A stretch of 15,423 nucleotides of DNA from Okeania sp. (GTDB lineage Bacteria > Cyanobacteriota > Cyanobacteriia > Cyanobacteriales > Microcoleaceae), in contig NZ_JAYKGW010000188.1 of assembly GCF_035285525.1 (NCBI RefSeq), forward strand, positions 1 to 15,423, in the 5' to 3' direction. Position 1 is the stretch's first letter. Every line of letters starts with the position of its first letter. Positions 1 to 6,600 of this stretch are shown here, piece after piece. A program made the position numbers and the translations under genes. The notes below the pieces were generated by a model. It made no database searches. It was given only the letters and a program-made list of their open reading frames with translations, and was not told the origin of the DNA.

Positions 1-60
1 AAAAAAAAGCCCTCTAGCCAAAATTGACCAAGGGACTATAACTATCAGGGTGCATCTACT
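1..60 (-). ncRNA. Candidate small RNA A (minus strand, may extend beyond window start)
   Basis: The minus strand has a conserved TATACT box (72-67) about 7 nt upstream of AGTAGATGCACCCTGATAGTTATAGTCCC. This is followed by an imperfect hairpin (36-9) and a T8 run (8-1). The architecture matches candidate B. No family identified. Confidence 0.25.
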
Positions 61-121
61 AAAATTAGTATAGCTTAAACTAGGGGGTAAAACCCCTCAC
101 TTAGTTATATTTATTAATTAT
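1..121 (-). repeat. Copy A of a ~120-bp direct repeat (partner at 481-604)
   Basis: Aligns to copy B at a constant +483 offset without indels. Shared blocks are CAGGGTGCATCTACT (46-60 vs 529-543) and ATTAATTAT (113-121 vs 596-604). Hairpins sit at equivalent positions (9-36 and 82-97). The window starts inside an A8 run, which is a T-run on the minus strand. Confidence 0.8.
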
Positions 122-157
122 AAAAAATATAATTTTTAATTATATAAATCCGCTAGC

Positions 158-364
158 TACGGTTCCCGAAAAATTGGAGAATAAGGTTCTAGCATCAGAA
201 AAGAGGGAAAACTCCTAGTTTGCAGAAGGTACGGTTCCCGAAAAATTGGAGACCAAACCCCTACAGGGAGTGAATCATACCGATAGTATAGGTAAAACTA
301 CTTAAGGAATCACCAAAAAATGTGTTTTTTCATACATTTTTCTCCCGATTGATCGGGAACCGTA
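158..364. mobile_element. MITE-like element with 21-24 bp terminal inverted repeats bounded by TA, plus one extra direct copy of the left end
   Basis: TACGGTTCCCGAAAAATTGGAGA occurs at 158-180 and identically at 230-252. An inverted, slightly diverged copy TCTCCCGATTGATCGGGAACCGTA lies at 341-364. TA dinucleotides flank the CGGTTCCC...GGGAACCG ends (158-159, 230-231, 363-364). No ORF inside. Confidence 0.4.
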
Positions 365-480
365 AAAGGCGAACCCAGACTTATTCATAACTTGTCAATT
401 TTGTCAAATTTTATGTTAAGTAAAGATGTGAGTCATTTCAGTTGTCAGTTAAGACTTTGATGTTTAATCAGCAAATCCTG

Positions 481-543
481 AATAAGAAAAGTCCCTTGAA
501 CCAAAATTGGCTAAGGGACTGTAACTATCAGGGTGCATCTACT
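481..543 (-). ncRNA. Candidate ~63-nt small RNA B (minus strand)
   Basis: The minus strand has TATACT at 555-550. The predicted start is A543, giving AGTAGATGCACCCTGATAGTTACAGTCCCTTAGCCAATTTTGGTTCAAGGGAC followed by TTTTCTTATT (7-bp stem at 519-491, then a U-tract at 490-481). No family identified. Confidence 0.3.
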
Positions 544-555
544 GAACTTAGTATA

Positions 556-582
556 AACAAAAACAAGGGGTTCTACCCCTTG
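556..582 (-). terminator. Intrinsic-terminator-like hairpin on the minus strand
   Basis: The minus strand reads CAAGGGG-tagaa-CCCCTTG followed directly by TTTTTGTTT. It has a 7-bp GC-rich stem and a 5-nt loop. No ORF of 60 aa or more lies upstream of it on that strand. Confidence 0.4.
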
Positions 583-717
583 ATTAAATATCGCCATTAA
601 TTATGTTGCAAATAAATAAAACTTATTAATTTGGATATTACCAAATTGATTAATTAAAAGACTAAAAATGAAGATTTTAATGATGATAATGTGTAGCTTT
701 ATTTTAAAGATAGATAG

Positions 718-787
718 AAAATTAAGAATTTAGAATTAAGAATTTAGAATTTAGAATTAAGAATTAAGAATTAAGAATTAAAAAATT
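718..787. repeat. Heptamer tandem repeat AGAATTA/AGAATTT, about 10 units
   Basis: Units counted in register from 725 to 780, with degenerate units on each side. The tract ends 41 bp upstream of the chlD ATG. Confidence 0.9.
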
Positions 788-828
788 GAATAATTCTAAA
801 TTTGGACAAATTAAATTTTATTAAAACT

Positions 829-2847
829 ATGCCCGTTCTTAACCCTCCCACCATCATCAACTTTCCTCTAGCTGCCGTAGTTGGACAAGAAGCCATAAAA
901 ATGGCCTTATTATTAGCAGCCGTCGATCCAGGATTAGGAGGAGTCGCCATTGCTGGCCGTCGTGGGACTGCCAAATCTGTGATGGCAAGAGCTATACATT
1001 CCCTTTTACCTCCTATTGAAATTGTCAAAGGTTCTATTAGTAACTGTAATCCCAATTATCCAGAAGAATGGGATGAACAACTTTTAGAAGAGTATCCCAA
1101 CGCCACAACAGGAGAAATACCGACAGAAGTTATACCCGCTCCTTTTATTCAAGTTCCTCTAGGAGTCACAGAAGATAGGTTATTGGGTTCGGTGGATGTA
1201 GAAAAATCGGTCAAAGAGGGAGAAACGGTTTTTCAACCAGGACTATTAGCTGCTGCTCACCGAGGGGTATTATATGTAGATGAAATTAATTTGCTGGATG
1301 ATAATATCGCGAATCTATTACTGACGGTTTTGACAGAAGGGAGAAATCAGATAGAGCGGGAGGGTATCAGTTTTGAACATCCTTGTCAACCCCTATTTAT
1401 TGCTACCTATAATCCTGAAGAGGGGCCGTTACGAGAACATTTGCTGGATAGAATAGCGATCGCTCTTTCCGCAGATATGATTTTAGGTTTAGATCAACGG
1501 GTAGAAGCAGTAGAACAAGCTTTAGCTTATGCTAGTTCTCCTCAAGCTTTTCTGGAAAGGTACACGGAAGATATAGATAATTTGAAAACTCAGATTTTGT
1601 TGGCGAGGGAATGGGTAAAAGATGTGGTTATTACCCAGGAACAAATACTTTATTTAGTAGAAGAAGCGGTTCGCGGAGGAGTGCAAGGACATCGGGCAGA
1701 ACTTTTTGCAGTGCGAGTTGCTAGGGCATCCGCAGCATTAGACGGACGCACAACTGTGAATGCTGATGACTTGCGTCGAGCAGTAGAGTTAGTTATTGTA
1801 CCGCGAGCAACGATAGTGCCAACTCCTCCTGAAGAAGAACAACAACCACCTCCACCGCCTCCACCTCCAGAAAATCAGTCCGAACAGGAACAGGATGAGG
1901 AAGAGGAAGAAGAGGAAAACCCCGAACCTCCAGAGGAAGAAGAGGCAAGTATTCCCGAAGAATTTTTGTTCGATCCAGAGGGAGTGGTTTTAGATGATAG
2001 TGTGTTGTCTTTTGCGCAAACGGCAAACCGTCAAGGTAAGTCTGGTAGTAGGAGTATGATTTTTTCTGAAGATCGGGGACGTTATGTGAAACCAATGTTG
2101 CCTAAAGGTAAGGTGCGACGTATTGCGGTGGATGCGACTTTGCGTGCTGCTGCTCCTTATCAAAAGTCGAGAAGAGAACGTCAACCAAACCGTCAAGTTA
2201 TTGTGGAACAAGGTGATATGCGAGCAAAACGGTTGGCAAGAAAGGCGGGTGCTTTGGTGGTATTTGTGGTTGATGCTTCTGGTTCGATGGCGTTGAATAG
2301 AATGCAGTCGGCAAAAGGGGCGGTGATGCAGTTGTTGACGGAGGCGTATCAGAGTCGAGACCAAGTTTCGTTGATTCCGTTTCGGGGAGAACAGGCTGAG
2401 GTTTTGTTACCGCCGACTCGTTCCATAACTGCTGCCCGACGACGTTTGGAAAAAATGCCTTGTGGTGGGGGTTCGCCTTTAGCACATGGTTTGACTCAAG
2501 CGGTGAGAGTTGGTGTGAATGCGAAACAGTCTGGTGATGTGGGACAGGTGGTTATTGTGGCTATTACTGATGGGCGGGGGAATGTTCCCTTGGCGCGTTC
2601 TTTGGGGGAACCGATGTTGGATGATGAGAAACCGAATATTAAGGAGGAGTTATTGGAAATAGCTGCAAAAATTCGGGGTTTGGGGATTCAGTTATTGATG
2701 ATAGATACGGAGAATAAGTTTGTTTCCACTGGGTTTGCGAAAGAGTTGGCGAAACAGTCGGGGGGTAAGTATTATCATTTACCGAAAGCGACAGATCAAG
2801 CGATCGCTGCTATGACTCAGAATGCTTTGAAGGATGCTATTGGGTAA
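829..2847 (+). CDS. chlD: Magnesium chelatase subunit D (ChlD)
   Basis: N-terminal AAA+ module ([20 protein letters not shown]). Pro/acidic linker ([24 protein letters not shown]). C-terminal vWA domain with a MIDAS-type VVDASGSM motif. The N-terminus [28 protein letters not shown] is collinear with cyanobacterial ChlD as I know it. The ORF track opens at TTG 802; I prefer ATG 829 (MPVLNPP). Confidence 0.95.
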   Translation: MPVLNPPTIINFPLAAVVGQEAIKMALLLAAVDPGLGGVAIAGRRGTAKSVMARAIHSLLPPIEIVKGSISNCNPNYPEEWDEQLLEEYPNATTGEIPTEVIPAPFIQVPLGVTEDRLLGSVDVEKSVKEGETVFQPGLLAAAHRGVLYVDEINLLDDNIANLLLTVLTEGRNQIEREGISFEHPCQPLFIATYNPEEGPLREHLLDRIAIALSADMILGLDQRVEAVEQALAYASSPQAFLERYTEDIDNLKTQILLAREWVKDVVITQEQILYLVEEAVRGGVQGHRAELFAVRVARASAALDGRTTVNADDLRRAVELVIVPRATIVPTPPEEEQQPPPPPPPPENQSEQEQDEEEEEEENPEPPEEEEASIPEEFLFDPEGVVLDDSVLSFAQTANRQGKSGSRSMIFSEDRGRYVKPMLPKGKVRRIAVDATLRAAAPYQKSRRERQPNRQVIVEQGDMRAKRLARKAGALVVFVVDASGSMALNRMQSAKGAVMQLLTEAYQSRDQVSLIPFRGEQAEVLLPPTRSITAARRRLEKMPCGGGSPLAHGLTQAVRVGVNAKQSGDVGQVVIVAITDGRGNVPLARSLGEPMLDDEKPNIKEELLEIAAKIRGLGIQLLMIDTENKFVSTGFAKELAKQSGGKYYHLPKATDQAIAAMTQNALKDAIG

Positions 2848-2850
2848 CTT

Positions 2851-2874
2851 CAGTTATCAGTTATCAGTTATCAG
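2851..2874. repeat. Heptamer tandem repeat CAGTTAT x3 (+ CAG)
   Basis: Read directly. Begins 4 nt after the chlD stop codon. Confidence 0.9.
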
Positions 2875-2889
2875 CAGATAGTATATGAA

Positions 2890-2930
2890 CAGGACTTACG
2901 CAAAGCGACCAAGAAACCGGGTTTAACCCT
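2890..2930 (+). repeat. End-sequence of a dispersed repeat family (CAGGACTTACGCAAA...AACCGGGTTTA)
   Basis: The same terminus recurs at 3077, 3387 and 8473 in direct orientation. It recurs inverted at 3155-3167, 3465-3477 and 13819-13845. The 13819 copy lacks about 10 nt (GCGACCAAGA) present here. Confidence 0.6.
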
Positions 2931-3014
2931 AGTGATATTGTTGCTCAAACCAGGAAATTTTGTTGATAAACCCTCCTACTTAGGGTTTGCTGAAAAAGTT
3001 TCTTAGTGAAGAAA

Positions 3015-3036
3015 GGGAACACTTAACTGGGAACAG
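3015..3036. repeat. 22-mer dispersed repeat GGGAACACTTAACTGGGAACAG (inverted partner 3488-3509)
   Basis: Its reverse complement matches 3488-3509 and 13625-13646 with 1-2 mismatches. A related variant occurs at 10162-10178. Confidence 0.8.
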
Positions 3037-3076
3037 TTTAGACTATCTGCTACGGCCAAATTTTCTGATTTTTAGT

Positions 3077-3167
3077 CAGGACTTACGCAGATACCACATA
3101 TATAGTTTCAAAAACTATAACGTTATAGTTTTTAAACTCCACATATAGTAACTTTGCGTAAATCCTG
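3077..3167. repeat. 91-bp foldback (MITE-like) element, family CAGGACTTACGCA
   Basis: The termini CAGGACTTACGCA (3077-3089) and TGCGTAAATCCTG (3155-3167) are inverted. The centre holds the perfect palindrome AAAAACTATAAC|GTTATAGTTTTT. Confidence 0.75.
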
Positions 3168-3386
3168 TTTTAGTGTCAAAACTTTACCATTTTCAGATCA
3201 CAACAGCCAAAAACTAGCTACTTTTTCCGTACTTACAAAAGGCTAAAACTTTTATCTTTAAAGACTTTTAGATTTCCATACGCAAACCCTAATTATCTTG
3301 ACTATCCGTTTTGCCTTGAGAACTCCATTAGACATCTCCAAAAATGAAAAATCAAATCAATTCTTATCCATAAATTATCAATTATT

Positions 3387-3477
3387 CAGGACTTACGGAA
3401 AGGTACTATATATGGAGTTAAAAAACTATTGTGCAATAGTTTTAAGCACTATATCTAGCGTCGTTGCGTAAGTCCTG
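3387..3477. repeat. Second 91-bp foldback element of the same family
   Basis: Termini CAGGACTTACGGA (3387-3399) and TGCGTAAGTCCTG (3465-3477). Central palindrome AAAACTATTG-tg-CAATAGTTTT. Same length as the 3077 copy. Confidence 0.75.
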
Positions 3478-3487
3478 TTATTTCTTC

Positions 3488-3509
3488 CTGTTCCCAGTTA
3501 AGCGTTCCC
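3488..3509. repeat. 22-mer dispersed repeat CTGTTCCCAGTTAAGCGTTCCC
   Basis: Inverted partner of 3015-3036 and direct match to 13625-13646. Confidence 0.8.
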
Positions 3510-3534
3510 TCTTTTCTGGAGATGTCTATTGTAT

Positions 3535-3570
3535 GTAGAGGCGAATAGCCATTAGCCCCTACAGTTTTTT
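3535..3570 (+). terminator. Palindromic GC-rich hairpin followed by T6 (terminator-like; also a common cyanobacterial palindromic repeat type)
   Basis: GTAGAGG-cgaatagccattag-CCCCTAC has a 7-bp stem with one mismatch, followed by AG TTTTTT. It lies in the convergent gap about 65 bp beyond the RTX gene stop. The T-run is on the plus strand only. Confidence 0.35.
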
Positions 3571-3603
3571 GGTGATGACATGATATTCAGCTAGCTCTAA
3601 AAA

Positions 3604-3638
3604 CTGATAGCTGAATGCTAAATACTGATAGCTAGTTA
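3604..3638. repeat. Imperfect heptamer repeat CTGATAG/CTGAATG/CTAAATA/CTGATAG/CTAGTTA
   Basis: Five units in register. The last unit overlaps the RTX gene stop codon (3636-3638). Confidence 0.6.
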
Positions 3639-6600
3639 ACGCAAGAAGAAATCACCAGCATCAATTTCTGCTTCGTTAGTTAAGGTAGCAAAATTAGCAC
3701 CTCCACCTAAACCAGGATCGCTACCATTAGCGTTATAGAACAACTGACCATTTGTGCTGTTGTAGACAATAAACGCCCCAGAAGTTGCCACCTGTGCATT
3801 AGTGGTGACTTCCGCAAATTCTGTTGTTACACTGAATCCGTCACCTTGAACGCTCGTAAGTGCAGTGAAAGTATCTTTATCCAACAGAATAATATCTTGC
3901 CCTGGAACAAAATCAGTAATTTCGTCTCTACCCACATCTGCTGAAGTAAACTCTTTATTGGTGTTAAAAATAAAGCGGTCAATACTTGCACCACCTGTAA
4001 GTACATCGTTACCAGGACCACCATTGAGGCGATCGCGACCAGTACCACCACGGAGAGTATCGTTGCCCGTACCTCCTAAGAGATGGTCAAAACCGGAATT
4101 TCCTTCCATCAAATCGTTGCCACTCACACCAAGGATGAAGTCGTTACCAGCACCCCCCCTGAGAGTGTCATTGCCGTTATTGCCAACTAAGCGATCGTTA
4201 CCGCTATTGCCGTTAATCAAGTCCTTGCCTTTACCACCTCGTAGGGTATCATTTCCACCAAGACCTTCCATGGTATCATTCCCTCCGAAACCGTTTAGGA
4301 CATCTGGACCTGGACTACCGGAAAGGAAGTCGTTTGTATTTCCACCTGCGAGTACACCAACAAAGGTAAAGTTGCTAACGTTTAAGTTTATTTCTACATC
4401 GAAGGTAGCAACAATTTCTAAACTACCTTCTTGGAAGAAAGTCAGTACAGTTTGATTTTCTGCATTAACATAAGTGGCAAAAGTACCATTATTGTTAACA
4501 CCGAGTTCCTGCAACCGTGTTTCTACTGCTGTGAGGGAAGCAAATTCTTGAGTCAAGTCAACGAGACCTATATTTTTGGCAACACTTGTGGTTGACTCGT
4601 TGACAGTAACCTCCTTGAAATTACCGTTCTGGAAATTCCCAAATACTCCGGTTTGGAACTGTAGGATATCTGTGGTTTCAAAGTTATTAATAGTGGCAGG
4701 TTCAACTAATGAGTCAAAGAAAATCGTGTCTATTAAACCAGTGGTAGCGGTAATTTCTGTCTCTGAACTTGTTGCAGTTATTTGAGTAAAGTTAAAGTTC
4801 TCGACAGTTAGTTCTAGTTCGGATGTAAACTGAGCAACAACTTCTACTTGACTACTATTTTGGGCAAACCCTAATACGCTACGACCTTCTTGGTTGGTAT
4901 ATTGAACGAATACTGGACTGTTTATGTCTAAATTGATAAGCAGTGTTTGTAGTTGTTCTATTGAGTTAATTTGTTGCTCAATAAGCAGTAGAGTTTGGTT
5001 TTGGATATCAATATTAGTGGTTGACTCAGTTACAACTAAACTACTAAAGGTTGAGTTACTGAAACCGCCGAATAGTGATGAGTTGAAGTTGAAGGAGTCT
5101 GATTCACTGAAACCAACTATTCTGCAACCAGTTTCCTCTAAAGAATTGAATTGAATTACATTTTCAATCTCAGGGTTGAGGACTATTGTATTTGGATTAC
5201 CAATGACAACATTGACTTCTGATTCGGGTTCTTCTGCTTGTTCATTGACAAAGAAAAAGTTCTTGGTGGTGACGCTAGCGTTAGCTTCCAGATTAGCCAG
5301 AATATTAATTTCTGTACCTGTCCAGTAACCTACTACAGTTTGGTTAAGTTCATTCTGATATACAAGGAACCTGGAAATATCTCCAACCTGTAGAGTTTGC
5401 AACCGTACAAATAACTGCTGTTGTGTGAAAGTACCCTCAAAGGATAAGAAATTAGCAGTTCCTATTGAGGTTGCTGTTTGGGTGACAGTCAATTCTTGTA
5501 AAGTGTCATTCGTGATGCCACCAAATATTTGGGAATCACATTCAAATACATCTTCTTCGTTGTAGTTAGTAATTGTCACCCCAGTTTCTGATAATCCCTT
5601 GAATACAAACTGATCCACTACACCAACAGTAGCTGTGACTTCTGTTTGGTTGGTAATATCAACAGTGCTGGTAAACTGTAAATTGTTTTCAAAAGTGAAC
5701 TCACCGATATTTGCCAGTTGTACTGCAAAATCTTGTAATACTTGAAACTCAGTACCATTGAAGAATACTAACTGAGTGCTAACTCCGATGTTAACTAATA
5801 CAAGAACTGAGCGAGTGCCTACTAGATCTACCAAACGTTCTTGCAGAACTTCTAAACTAGCAAAACTTTCTGACTCAAAAATCAAGAAACTTTGTTCTAC
5901 CTGTTCGCTAAAACCAGCAGTGATATTAACACTGGTGAAATTTTCTACTGTAACATCAATATCTGTGAGTATCTCAGCATCAATTTTTAGCCGATCTACT
6001 GTCACATCAAATCCATTATTTTTATCATCACCACCTATGATCAAGAAATTATCTATATCAATTTCTACATCAGTAGCAAAGTTAGCAATAATTTCAACTG
6101 AACCCCCTCGTGAAAAAGCTAAAACAGTATTGTCTGATTCATCGGTGTAAGTCAAGAAAACAGAGTTAGTTATTTCCAACTCGCTTAGTCGTGCTTCCAC
6201 TTCTGCTACCGAAGCAAATATTTGGTCAATAACTAAAAGATTAGCATTTCCTACTTGTTCAGCAGTGGTAAATACTGAAACTATAGCTCTGGATAAATTT
6301 TCATTTTTTAGACCACCAAAATCTTGGGAACTGCATTTAATAATGTCTGTATTACTATCAAAATCTTCAATTGTATATCCGCCTTCAATTGTTTCCAGAA
6401 TGAAAAATTCATCAGGATTATCTGTACCAGAAATAGTATTATTATCAGCAGTAATTTTGATTTCATTGAATAGGCTCAGATTAGCACTACTAAATGATTC
6501 TATATCAGATATAATTCCACCAAATTCTTGAATAGTAGTAATTCCTTCTGGAGTACCATCTGAGAATATTAAAACAGTTTGACCATCAATATTAGCAAGA

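Larger units (their letters stand above)
481..604 (-). repeat. Copy B of the ~120-bp direct repeat (partner at 1-121)
   Basis: Same alignment as copy A. Hairpins are GTCCCTT/AAGGGAC (491-519) and CAAGGGG/CCCCTTG (564-582). The stem sequences differ from copy A while pairing is retained. Confidence 0.8.

Noticed and set aside
158-252. Two identical 23-mers with a 49-bp spacer read as a CRISPR mini-array.
   Set aside because: There are only two units. The repeat is too short and the spacer too long for known arrays. A third copy is inverted, which fits TIRs better. I keep it only as the low-probability guide-RNA alternative in the findings.
385-460. TTGTCAATT / TTGTCAAATT tandem and GTTGTCAGTTAAG, which on the minus strand read as TGACAA-type motifs reminiscent of Tn7/CAST TnsB-binding sites.
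   Set aside because: No terminal TGT, spacing irregular, and no transposition genes in the window. The resemblance rests on a 6-mer in AT-rich DNA.
1-604. Identity of the candidate sRNAs with known cyanobacterial sRNAs (NsiR1 tandem array, Yfr1, Yfr2).
   Set aside because: There is no TCCGGA DIF-type motif upstream and no Yfr1 CUCCUCACAC-type core in both copies. The genomic context (next to chlD) differs from what I recall for NsiR1. I cannot assign a family without a search.
802-828. TTG start at 802 for chlD, and likewise TTG 13843 for the NYN gene, as given by the ORF track.
   Set aside because: The downstream ATGs (829 and 13873) give N-termini that match the family (MPVLNPP..NFPL; MKCPTC zinc ribbon). 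The TTG extensions run into repeat DNA.
771-2485. Minus-strand ORFs 771-1055, 1793-2095, 1990-2364 and 2198-2485.
   Set aside because: They are antisense to the strongly supported chlD reading frame and have no recognisable motifs.
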